From contig OX597816.1 of NCBI GenBank assembly GCA_951406725.2, forward strand, positions 26,412,001 to 26,476,000: 64,000 nt of DNA. Direction: 5' to 3'. The DNA comes from Octopus vulgaris (lineage: Eukaryota). Under the pieces are notes generated by a model. That model did no database searches, was not told where the DNA came from, and worked only from the letters and a program-made list of their open reading frames with translations. Positions 28,838-41,569 of the stretch are shown here, one piece after another; the first letter of the stretch is position 1, and each line of letters starts with the position of its first letter. The translations under genes and the position numbers were made by a program.

Positions 28838-28900
<63 letters not shown>

Positions 28901-29021
28901 TATTTATTAAAGCTGAAAAAATTTTCACACTACTTTAAGAATATATTACTCTATCTTTGGTATTCGAGTGCTGCTTTTTCCACCTCATTTTCTATCAATG
29001 TGCTTACTTGTGTATGTATGA

Positions 29022-29056
<35 letters not shown>

Positions 29057-29933
29057 CATCATGTTTAACCGTTGATCCCAACACATTTAATATTTTTTCA
29101 TTCTCTCTACGTTTTTTTGTTTTTTTTACTCTTAGTCCTTTCTGTCGAAGAGCGTAGGCTCGAATTGTCAAAGACTTCAGCGTTCTTCCAGAACATTAAA
29201 CTAATACACCTCCTTGTTGTTCCTTCACCTGTCTTCATCTTTTGTGTTCTGTAAATTTGAACTATATTGATTGATTGATTGATTGATTCTAGTTTCAGCT
29301 TATGAGCTGTGGCCATGCTGGGGCACCGCCATATATATATATATATTTATTTATTGCCCCTCGAAAGACTAAAAGGCAAAGTTTAACTCGACAAAATTCG
29401 AAACTCAAACACCCGAGTGGAAGCTGCTTACGGGAGCGTTTCTTTCACTTTTAGCTTAACTGCGAAAAAATGGATTCTGTGCTTAAAGATTTAAATCACA
29501 ATCTGGACAAAAATCTACCTAAGCAGTTTTAATTCTGCTCTCACTTTCTCTTTCTCATTCCCTCCTCTCTCTCTCTCTCTCGATATATTATATATATATA
29601 TATATATATATACATGCATATATGTGTTTGTATGTGTGTGTATGTATATGTATGTATGTATATATACATACACAAACAGACATGTGTATGTGTGTGTGTA
29701 TGCATATATATATATATATATATATATAGGCCTCTGCTCATATCTACATATCTATCAATTTACTTCTACATAAATATATGTAAATATGAATATATATATA
29801 TATTGCATACAGATGTGTGCGCGCGCGCATCGTCTGCTTGTGTGTGTGTGTCTATCTGTTTATCTGTCTATCTGCGTGCGTGCATGTGTCTTTTTGTGTG
29901 TGTTTGTGCGCGTCTCTACGCGCACGTTAGTGC

Positions 29934-29975
<42 letters not shown>

Positions 29976-30754
29976 CTGTCCGTATATAACAAATATTACG
30001 AGCAGTTATATTGTTTTTTGATCCGGTAAGAGTCGTGGATTCAAGTTACAAAAGTAAGCAACTCTATAACATGTGATATATGTACACATATACATGCTAT
30101 ACACAAATGCACACACATACACACACACATACATACAAACACATTCACACACACACTCATACACACATACACAGCTTCCTTTCTTTGACTTCTCTATATA
30201 TTAAAAAGAAAATAATGAGAATTTAATAAACAACAAAATCTAATTTATCCAACATCTACTTGTATACATTTGGAGGGGGTGACACAATCTTTTCTTTATT
30301 TATTCTTCAAGTTCTTGTTTTCAATTTCAATTTTTTTTCATTTTTGGTTTCGTTAATACGTTTTTATTCGTAAATTTTCTGGATGTTCTTTGTTTTTGCT
30401 GGAGTTAACTTCTCTTATTTTTTCTTTGTATTTGCTGGAGTTATCTTCTCTTTTTTTTCTCTTGTCTTTTCCTTTCAACGTGTTTTCACAAATTCATTCT
30501 TTAAAGTGTTCTCCAAGTAACTGTCTTGTACGTTCATTGCCAGATTCCGGGATTATTTTCACTCATGATGTAACAGAAACGTCATTTCAGCTTATGCATT
30601 GCTTTTAAGAATTCCATCTCAGCTCAGTGCTTTCTGAAAGAAAATAAATAAAATAGATAGATAAGTAAATAAAAAAAAAATCACCACATCTGGTGAATAT
30701 ATGTGCATCCTCTCCTCTCTCCCACTTTCTTGCTCTCTCTTTCCTATCTCTCTG

Positions 30755-30798
<44 letters not shown>

Positions 30799-30895
30799 AT
30801 GTGTGTATGTATATGTATATATATATATATTTGTATATATTAATACACATACATATGTATATGTGTGTGAATATATATGAATATATATATGTGTG

Positions 30896-30970
<75 letters not shown>

Positions 30971-31205
30971 GCAGACATGCATACATGCATGCATAAATAA
31001 ATACTTACGTACTTACATACATGCATACATACACACATACAAACATACATGCATACATACATACATACAGACATCCATACATACATGCATGCACGCATGC
31101 ATACATACATACATACATCCAGACATACATACCTACATACATACATACATACATACATACATACATACATACATACATACATACATACATACATACATAC
31201 ATACA

Positions 31206-31237
<32 letters not shown>

Positions 31238-31588
31238 ACTACATTTGTATGTTCAAAAGAATACAAATATATGTATGAGCATTGTATGAGCTTTTATATA
31301 TATATATATATACATATGTATATTTTTGCGTATGGGCATGTGCATACACACACACAGACACACCACAAACACACAAACACCACAAACACACACACACATG
31401 CGTGCTCATTTCCTTTACTGATAATAATTTTACCCGAAATCAAAACCACAAACTTAGTAGATTTTTCATTTGTCTTCCTAAATAGAATTTTTTCATGCCA
31501 CATAAAATGTGACATGATAAATTGTGATGAAAAAATGTGGTTTCACATGCGTACATCTGTCATTTTATCTGATATTATTTATTACTAT

Positions 31589-32480
31589 TAAGGCAGCGAG
31601 CTGGCGAATTGGTTAGCACATCGGGAAAATGCTTCGCAACATGAGTTCAAATCTTGCCGAGGTTCACTTTACCTTTCATTTTTTTCCAGGTCGATAAAGT
31701 ACGTACCAGTTGAGTGCTGGGGTCGATATAATAAACTACTCCCCTTCTTTAAAATTTCTGGCCTTGTGCCTAAAGTTGAGAGGATTGTTTGTTGTTAGTA
31801 AAAGCGGTGAGGATTCTACCAAGGTAGACTTTGCCTTTCATCCTTTCGGGGTCGATAAGATAAGTAAAAATTGGGCTCGGAGTTGATCTAATTGACTAAC
31901 CCATTTTCTAAAAATATCCGGCCTTATGGATTAAAGGCGGTGAGGTGGTAGAATCGTTAAGCGCTTCGGGAAAAAAATGTCTAGTGATGTTTGAACTCAG
32001 AACGCAAAAAACTTTCTGAGTTCAAATACCGCAGAGAATCCCTTTCAGATCGATCAAATAAGAGCGGGTGGAGCACTGAGATCACTGTAATCGACCTCCT
32101 GTCCCCTCAGAGTTGTTAGCCTTGTGCCTAAATCAGAAACTAAGGTGGTAGGTTGACAGAATCCTTTGAGCATCGGTTAAAATTGCCTTGAGGTACTTTT
32201 TCCGGCTCTTTACGTTCTAAGTTCAAATCCCGCTGATGTCAACTTTGCCTTTGAAACTCCCGGACTTAATAAAGTGATGTACCAGTCAATGAGGTAGGAT
32301 TTATTAGTCCCACCTCTAAAAAATGCTGGCCTTGTACCAAAATCGGAAATTTTCATTATGAGTTCAAATCCTTCCATCCATTCCGGGTCGACAAAATAAA
32401 GCACCAATCAAGTACTGGGTATCAATGATATCGATTAACTCCCCTACCTTAAATTTGCTGGCCTTGTGCCTAAATCATAA
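31589..32480 (+). repeat. Cluster of about five degenerate family B SINEs in tandem
   Basis: Recurrent GAGTTCAAAT, GGGTCGATAA and GGCCTTGTGCCTAAA motifs at intervals of about 150-200 bp. Confidence 0.75.
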
Positions 32481-32924
32481 ATCACTGTTTGGTACAACTC
32501 TAAGCTATTGTTATTGTCATCATTGATGGCGATGGTTGTGGTGTAGAAATGTATCTGCCCTTATCGTCAGATGGTAGTGATGGCGACTGACCGGGATGGA
32601 TGGGTTTATATTGTTGTTCAACCCTAAAGTCAACTCTGATCACTCTCCCTATGGACATGACCATCCTGTCGATTTTTTAAAAAATTTCTAAGACTACATT
32701 GTCTAACGTTTACTTCCTTGTATTAAAATGCTCAAGTACGTAATTTGAGATAGATTTGGTTGTTACTTTTAACAGGTTTCTACGACTACGTAAAGTCAAC
32801 TTCAATTACTCGTCAACACTAGTAAAATTGAGTTTGTAATTAAATTAATTAAATTCCTTATAACTAACTTACGTGCAAACAATGTCTGCCTTGGCTCGGG
32901 TCTGTTATTGTTTATCCTTGAATA

Positions 32925-33300
32925 CTTGTGACCGAAATGGTGTCTTCGAAAGAATCTCTGAAGTAACGTTATTCGACATAGTGCATAGCTCGGAGATTAT
33001 GGAGTCGCTTCAATTTGAGCCGCTACTTCTCTGTATTGAGAAGTCTCAGCTCTAGTACTATGAACCTGTGATTAGAATGTCGAAGGTATTAACCTGCAAG
33101 ACGGATTCGTCGAACTGAGCCAACGGACAAGAGACTTAGGGGTAAAGTAAAAGCGAAATAGTTGGTCTCAGTTGGTCGTTCTTGGACATCCAGCAGAAAA
33201 GTCTAAACGACAATTGCTTCTGATAGGACACATATGGATGTGGTGTGAGGACTCCATGATCCTCCCAGGACTAGTGGACAACGAAAATAGATGGATAGAA
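32925..33300 (+). mobile_element. RTE-clade LINE 3' remnant
   Basis: RISEVTLFDIVHSSEIMESLQFEPLLLCIEKSQL*YYEPVIRM...TDKRLRGK resembles the post-RT region of RTE elements (consensus-like RRI.G.TL.D.VRS..IR..L.VEPLL..IE..QLRW.GHV.RM...RPRGRP). Confidence 0.7.
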
Positions 33301-33575
33301 AGCTCTACTTATTTAACAATGAAAATTTTATTGCGACAAGAGTAAATGAATCCTTATTTTTTTTTTACTGCCCACAAAGGGGCAACATACAGAGGGGACA
33401 AACAAGGACAGACAAACGGATTAAGTCGATTATATCGACGCCAGTGTGTAACTGGTTCTTATTTAACCGACCCCGAAAGGATGAAAGGCAAAGTCGACCT
33501 CGGCGGAATTTGAACTCAGAACGTAACGCTAAGCATTTCGCCCGGCGTGCTAACGATTCTGCCAGCTCACCGTCT

Positions 33576-33611
33576 TCCTGATGAGCTCTTCTATGACGAA
33601 ACTAGTTGATT
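33576..33611 (+). ncRNA. Hammerhead motif whose stem I is split by a SINE insertion
   Basis: CTGATGA-GCTCTTCTATGAC-GAAAC-TA-GTT-GATT with palindromic stem III ACTAGT. Removing the SINE at 33355-33575 plus one TCCT copy restores stem I AATC/GATT. Confidence 0.5.
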
Positions 33612-35187
33612 AGTCTACTATAATGAATAGAATACATTATGAACATGATGCCAAAATTATTTCACTCACGAGATATTAGCTGAACCAAATTCAGAGTATA
33701 ATGCACATGCGCAAGGTACTATACTGTAAGATCGAAATCACACAAAAATATCATGTACTGCCACTGAACAAACAATGAAAAAACGCGGGCTTCGGGTCGA
33801 TGCTTTCTTTTACAACAGAACATTTCAGTTGGTCTACAGTTATATAAATGCAGGAGACAGTAAAACCTGCAAAGTGCAGAGGTTCTTTTCTTTCCTACAA
33901 TTCATTATAAACACGAAGCAACCGGTTGAACAAGGAAGGAGTTTTCTACGATTTTATTTATTTATGTATTTATTTATTGTTGTTGTTGTTGTTGTTGTTA
34001 TTGTTGTTTTTCTATTACTAAATCTAGAGAAAGAAGCGAAGCTTTCGTAGACGGTGAATTCAATATTTTTTTTGTTTGTGTTTGTGCGTCTATGTGTGTG
34101 ATGGTTTTTGTTTTGTTTGGGTGGGAACGTGTCATATTTTTTTCTGCTTATTTATGAATGTGTGGGGAGTAGTATGATATATGTGTGTGAACATGTATGT
34201 GGTATGTGTGTGAGTGCGTGTGTGTGTGTGTATGTCGATTGTACAGACTACACGAGTGTCTTTGTGTGGGACACTGGCATATTTGTGTGTGAAATGTATG
34301 TATGTATGTGTATGACATATATGCAGATATATACATATATATTTATTCATATACATACATACGTAACTTTTCGGCACAGACTGTGTCTAACCTAAATGCA
34401 ACACCTACAGTAGTTTATAAGCTATGTTTTGGGACATCACAGCTCACCCGAACAGGGAGTTGTTGCTTGCTGAGATGTAACAGGGGTTGAATTATTGTCT
34501 AGTATTTCTTGGAACTTTGTCTCAGGCCCGAGTGAAGGTAATGGGCATCTTTCTACTGATATCTCTTTTTGGTGGGGAGGGGTAATGTCAAACAAAGCAG
34601 AACGAGTTGAGGTATTTTCTCTCCTTTTTTCTGCGACTTTTCTCTATCTTTTTCTTACGCCATTTCGTTTGTCCACAGATTAAACTGCAAATAGTCACGT
34701 GGCCTGTAGAGTAAGCATCTTTCGTCAATAGTTATAAGGAACAATCATACAGACTAATTAACATTACAGCAATAATTGCTGCTATACTGCTTAATTATGG
34801 ATCTTCATATTACCTTTTGGTTCGAGGGCGGTGAGCTGGCAGAGTCGTTAGCCCGCCGAGAAAAATACTTAGCAGCATTTCGTCCCGTCATTATGTTCTG
34901 AGTTCATCTTTTCAAGGCCGATGAAATAAGTACCAATTGCGCACTGGGGTCGATGTCATCGACTAGCCCCTACCCCAAAATTTCAGGCCTTATGCCTATA
35001 TAGCATTTTGGTTCTCATCACAATTTCCGAACACTAATCCAACTTCGATATGTCTTATGAACATTTAAGATATATACGAATGCACAATTGACTATTACAT
35101 CATCCGAAGAAATGACCAGAAAAACTCGGATAAACTTTTTGTGAATTTTCTACTTTATCGTTCACACACTTTTAACTTCTTATATAT

Positions 35188-35336
35188 CAGGGCTGGCTCA
35201 AGGTACCAGCAACTCGGGCGCTATGTGCTAGGGGGCGCCAGGAAGGGCGTAATAAAGACAAGTTTCCACGACCGTCAACTTGTACACGCCGATATTCAGC
35301 TTGCCCGGGGCGCCAGCAATCCTAAAGCCTGCTCTG
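35188..35336. mobile_element. GC-rich hAT-like MITE
   Basis: Imperfect TIRs CAGGGCTGGCTCAAGG / CCTAAAGCCTGCTCTG with internal GGGGCGCCAG repeats. Confidence 0.5.
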
Positions 35337-35850
35337 TTACTTATACAGATAGACACACACGCACTCGCACACTCCCACACACAAGTATATTTTTGGTTTA
35401 TAATTCGTGACATTTCGTCAGTTACGACAAGGGTTCCAGTTGATCCGATCAACAGAAAATCCTGCTCGTGAAATTAACGTGCAAGTTGCTAAACACTCCA
35501 CGGACACGTGTACCCTTAACGTGGTTCTCGGGGAGATTCAGCGTGACACAGAGTGTGACAAGGCTGGCCCATTGAAATACAGGTGCAACAGAAACAGGAA
35601 GAAAGAGTGAAAGAAAGTTGTGGTGAAAGAGTACAGCAGGTTCGACACCACTCCCTGCCGGAGCGTCATGGAGTTTTAGGTTGTTTTCGCTCAATAAACA
35701 TTCACAATCGAAACCGCGATCCTCCGACCGCGATTTCGCTGCCCTAACCACTGGGCCATTATATATATAATATATAAACACACATAACATGAAGATGCAT
35801 AAATACACTTGCATAAATATCTTAAACAAAGACACATACGCACTATATAC

Positions 35851-35919
<69 letters not shown>

Positions 35920-35925
35920 TATATA

Positions 35926-36142
35926 CCGGAGTAAACACATAAATGTGAAACAAGGTGGAAAAAAGAGTACTCAAATACCAGTGGTAGAGTAATATGCTTT
36001 ATTTTAAGCAGCAGAAAATTCAACAAAATCTGTTACTCTGAGTTTCTCGTTGCCGTTCATCAGACAGTTTTGCTAGTCTGATGAACGGCAACGAGAAACT
36101 CAGAGTAACAGATTTTGTTGAATTTTCTGCTGCTTAAAATAA
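35926..36142 (-). mobile_element. Penelope-like terminal-repeat fragment with perfect ~67-bp inverted repeat, inserted in (TA)n
   Basis: 35999-36065 and 36076-36142 are exact reverse complements with a 10-nt loop and contain the hammerhead. The 3' part (35926-35990) recurs inverted at about 37772-37838; a related fragment lies at about 28945-29010. Confidence 0.7.
36025..36071 (-). ncRNA. Minimal type I hammerhead ribozyme motif inside a fold-back
   Basis: Minus strand AAAACTGT-CTGATGA-ACGGCAACGA-GAAAC-TCAGA-GTA-ACAGATTTT: stem I CTGT/ACAG, short stem II CG-GCAA-CG, stem III ACTC/GAGT. The inverted copy at about 36076-36116 has only 2 bp of stem I. Confidence 0.7.
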
Positions 36143-36460
36143 TACATATATATATATATCACGTGATCACGTGACCGACCAGACCATCAGATGTTGTTAC
36201 ACATCGCTGATCACAATGCGTTCGCATTGTTTTAGCCTTCGAATGACGCCACCCCGCTAGCTAAGCGAGCAGGCCAACAGAAGAAAGAGTGGGAGAAAGA
36301 GTGGTGAAAGAGTACAGCAGGGATCACCACCCCCTGCCGGAGCCTCGTGGAGCTTTTAGGTGTTTTCGCTCAATAAACACACACATCGCCCGGTCTGGGA
36401 ATCGAAACCGCGATCCTGCAACCGCGAGTCCGCTGCCCTAACCACTAGGCTATTGCGCCT

Positions 36461-36514
<54 letters not shown>

Positions 36515-37081
36515 TATTGTATATATATTTATATTTATACATACATACACACACACATACATACGAATGCGTGTGATTGTGTGTGTTTAACACATTTATG
36601 CAAAGTGTATCATGTTATATTTATCATTTTATATGTATTAGTATATGTATTATTGTGTGTGTGTGCGTCTGTATGTATACATATATACATGTATAACATA
36701 CATATACATATGTACATCTATACATATATACATTCGCAACTAAGAGTTAAAATATGACACGTTCCCACCCAAACAAAGCAAAAACAAGAAGGAGAAAGAA
36801 AGAAAATCACCTAAAAAACATTGAATTCGCCATTTACAAAAGCTTCGTCGTTTTCTGTTGCTCTTCCAGATTTTATAATACAAAATATGAAAATATAAAC
36901 AAGATACATAAATAAATGATAGCGAAAGGTGGAGAACTCTCTTCTTGTTCAACCGGTTGGCGCGCGTTTGTCGTAAACTGTTGTGAAGAAAGGAGTCAGT
37001 GTATTTTGCAGCCTTGAATATGCCTTCTCCATTTATTTAACTGTTGACCGGCTGAATGGTGCTTGTCGCCATTATAGAATC

Positions 37082-37168
<87 letters not shown>

Positions 37169-37261
37169 TGTGTGTGTATGTATGTGTGTGTGCGTGCCTG
37201 TGTGTACGCATATATATGCGTGCATGTAAGTTTTCTTGTAAATATATATATACACACACAC

Positions 37262-37330
<69 letters not shown>

Positions 37331-37692
37331 GAGTGATGAATGGATGGATGGATGGATGGATGGATGAATGTATTATATGGAGTCGTATGGCGTAGAGGTT
37401 AGAGTATTGTACTCATGATCTAACAAACATAGTTTCGATTCCCGGGCAGGGTTGTGCTTTATGTTATTGAGCAAAATGCTTTATTTTACATCGCTCCCAG
37501 TCCAGTCATTTGTAAGTAAGTTACCCTGTGACGAACTGGCGTCCCCCTTAGGAGAACTATTGTCTCTTGCCATCTCGATCATAAGTCTTGTGGTTTTCAT
37601 TATAACATCATCCTTAATCTCTTAGCAGATCGAGTACGATTCTATTTGTTGAAACCTCATCACAAAATTTATACACAGACAAACACACACAC

Positions 37693-37775
<83 letters not shown>

Positions 37776-38123
37776 TCTACCACTGGTATTTGAGTACTCT
37801 TTTTTCCACCTTGTTTCACATTTATGTGTTTACTCCGGTATATATATATATATGTCTTTCATCCTTTCGGGGTCGATTAAATAAGTACCAGTTACGCACT
37901 GGTGCCGATGCAATCGACTTAATCTGTTTGTCTGTCCTTGTTTATCCTCTCTGTGTGTAGCCCTTTGTGGGTGGTAAAGAAATAGGTATTTCGTCTGCCG
38001 CTATGTTCTGAGTTCAAATCCCGCCGAGGTCGACTTTGCCCTTCATCCTCTAGGGGTCGATTAAATAAGTACCAGTTATGTACTGGATTCGATGTAATCG
38101 ACTTAATCCCTTTGTCTGTCCTT

Positions 38124-38127
<4 letters not shown>

Positions 38128-38198
<71 letters not shown>

Positions 38199-38589
38199 AG
38201 TGTATATATTGTGCCCTTCATACGGCATTAAGGGTTTAACTGTTATTTCTTTCAATATAGGTGCTATTCAGTACCTTCACTCACAATTGTGACGTTTAAA
38301 TATTTCCTCACACCGTCTCCGATGAAGGGATATAATATTTATCGTAGAAACAGCCGTAAGACCTATTTGTAAATGCTCTAAAATCTACACAGCCTTGGGT
38401 TTTTTTTTTTTTATCTCATTACGGAAATAAAGAAATATTTTATATACACACGCTGATATATGACCTACGCTGGACCCCTTATTCGCATTATCACCGAACC
38501 TGAGAACTCAACTATGGTTTATCCATTGCACTTATTCAGCATTACCTGACACCTTTGGGTCTCACTGACACCCATTACCTCTCATAACA

Positions 38590-38667
<78 letters not shown>

Positions 38668-39014
38668 TGTTATGAGAGGTAATGGGTGTCAGTGAGACCC
38701 AAATATGTGAGGTAATGCTGAATAAGTGCAATGGATAAACCATAGTTGAGTTCATATATCAGCGTGTGTATATAAAATATTTCTTTATTTCCGTAATGAG
38801 ATAAAAAAAAAAACCCAAGGCTGTGTAGATTTTAGAGCATTTACAAATAGGTCTTACGGCTGTTTCTACGATAAATATTATATCCCTTCATCGGAGACGG
38901 TGTGAGGAAATATTTAAACGTCACAATTGTGAGTGAAGGTACTGAATAGCACCTATATTGAAAGAAATAACAGTTAAACCCTTAATGCCGTATGAAGGGC
39001 ACAATATATACACT

Positions 39015-39078
<64 letters not shown>
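38128..39078. repeat. ~0.95 kb palindrome centred on (CT)n(AT)n(AG)n
   Basis: 38197-38590 is the reverse complement of 38667-39016 apart from a ~42-nt indel (38464-38505) and a few substitutions. The flanking (TA)(TG) and (CA)(TA) tracts are also mirrored. Confidence 0.95.
38315..38362 (+). ncRNA. Variant hammerhead motif (CCGAUGA core) in the left arm of the large palindrome; mirror copy at 38851-38898 (-)
   Basis: GTCT-CCGATGA-AGGGATA..TATCGTA-GAAAC-AGCC-GTA-AGAC: stem I GTCT/AGAC, stem II GATA/TATC, stem III close to the palindrome ACAGCTGT; U4C core change. Confidence 0.55.
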
Positions 39079-39079
<1 letters not shown>

Positions 39080-41051
39080 TCTTTTACTCTTCTACTTGTT
39101 TCAGTCATTTGACTGCGGCCATAGTGGAGCACCGCCTTTAGTCGATCCAGTCGACACCAGGACTTATTATTTGTAAGCCTAGTACTTATTCTATCGGTCT
39201 CTTTTGCCGAACCGCTAAGTTACGAGGACGTAAACATACCAGCATCAGTTGTTAAGCGATGTTGGGGGAACAAACACAGACACACGAACACACACACACA
39301 CACACCCATATATATACATGTACATATATATGACGGGCTTCTTTCAGCTTCCGTCTACCAAATCCACTCACAAGGCTTTGGTCGGCCCGAGGCTATAGAA
39401 GAAGAAAGTAGCCCGAGCTGCCACGCAGTGGGAATGAAACCGGAATCATGTGGTTCTTAAGCAAGCTACTTACCACACAGCCACTCCTAGCAGTTTCATA
39501 ATGTTTCTGAATACAGTACTTCTTTTATTAATATCTTTTCACCAAATGGTTACATATTTTGCTGATTTAAAATGGCGCCTTTCGTAAATTTTGCTTGCTG
39601 AAATATGTACAAACATAGACACAAGTACGCATGTCTGTTTATGTTTATCTACGCCTCTATAGCTCTTAAATAATGGCTTTTTGAATACGTAATTCTAATC
39701 ACAAAATTATTCTAACCTTCGTTCCGTATGCATGTATGTATGTATGTATGTATGCATGTATGTATGTATGTATGTATGTATGTATGTATGTATGTATGTA
39801 TGTGTGTGTGCATGTATGTATGTATGTATATGTATGTGTCTGTGTGTGTGTATATATATATATATATAGGCATGACCGTGTGATAAGAAGCTTGCTTCCC
39901 AACCACAAGGTCCCGGGTTCAGTCTCACTGCATTCCACCTTGGGCAAGTGTCTTCTACTATAGACCAAAGCCTTGTGAGGAGATTTGGTAGAAGGAAACT
40001 GAAAGAAGCCTGTCGTATATATGTATATGTATATATATATATATGTGTGTGTATGTGTTTGTGTGTCTGTTTTTTCTTCCCCCATCCCAACATCACTTGA
40101 CAACCGATGCTGGTGTGTTTACATCCCCGTAACCTAGCTGTTTGGCAAAAGGGAAAGATAGACTAAGTACTTACCCTCCAGCCCTGTAAGGCAATCCAGC
40201 TGGGAGAATGTCACTCCAATGTAAAATCTGCAAGTTGCTGGTCACCACAGCCTTTTTAGCCCACTGAGCCACTGTTGTCAGAAACCTCCTAGTCTAAAGA
40301 GTGGGGTTGGATTGCTCAGACTGACACTCACTTTAAAACTATTAAGCGTAGGCGGGAAGAAAATACCCACAGCGTCAAGGATCGGTTTAAGACATCGTAA
40401 ATCATTGGAGTACGTGCCGTTGCTCCTCATAATCTTCCGGCACGAATAAACTTCTATCATCACCCTGTTTGCACAAATATATGTGTGAAATATGTTTGTA
40501 TGGGTGAATGGATGTAGATATGTATGAATATCTACGTATATTTGTTTTATGAACGTATAATGTATACCTCATACGTACTTAATGCTGTTCAGTGTATAAC
40601 ACTCGAATTTGTTTTATTATGTTAAGGATTTCGATAACATTTTGGATTTTTCTCCGTATTTAAGCTTGTTTAAGCCATCTAATTTTAAAATAAAAATTAT
40701 AGCGGATTCATGCGATTCTATTTTAAGTGTCAGTAACCCTTAGCAAGATCATATATTGCTACTAGTATATGCACATAATACATACATATACATGAATAAT
40801 TATGTAACCACAAGTGAATCATTGGTGATTTTTTTCCTCCGTCTTCCTTTCTACTGGACTTTCCTCTGTTTCTGAAGAAGAGCGTCTGCTCGAAGCGTTA
40901 CGATAGAATAAGTACTAGGCTTACAAAGAATAAGTCCCGGGGTCGATTTGCTCGACTAAAGGCTGTGCTCCAGCATGGCCACAGTCAAATAACGAGTGCT
41001 GTAAAAGTTGTTTTTGTGCTTGTTCTTTTTAGTGGGATTTACTATATTATG

Positions 41052-41092
<41 letters not shown>

Positions 41093-41264
41093 ATGTAAGT
41101 ATGTATGTATTTACGTATACATATATACAGAAAGAGAAAAGGGGAAGAAAGGGAAAAAGTGAAGTACTGATTAAGTTTACTCTTTAACTAAGTAAATGTT
41201 CCAGTGTTATTCATAAACTTACTTTAAAATAAGAACCATATTTTAACATATATATGCATATATG

Positions 41265-41569
41265 TGGAGACGCAATGGCCCAGTGGTTAGGGCAGCGAAC
41301 TCGCGGTCGTAAGATCGCGGTTTCGATTCCCAGACCGGGTGTTGTGAGTGTTTATTGAGCGAAAACACCTAAAAGCTCCACGAGGCTCCGGCAGGGGGTG
41401 GTGATCCCTGCTGTACTCTCTCACCACTCTTTCTCCCACTCTTTCTTCTGTTGGCCTGCTCGCTTAGCCAGCGGGGTGGCGTCATTCGAAGGCTAAAACA
41501 ATGCGAACGCATTGTGACCAGCGATGTGTAACTACATTTGATGGACTGGTCGGTCACGTGATCACGTGA
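41265..41569 (+). mobile_element. tRNA-derived SINE family C; highly similar inverted copy at 36159-36463, partial copies at 22421-22615 and 35600-35760
   Basis: Head GTGGAGACGCAATGGCCCAGTGGTTAGGGCAG...GTTTCGATTCCC, tail GGTCACGTGATCACGTGAT. Confidence 0.85.
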
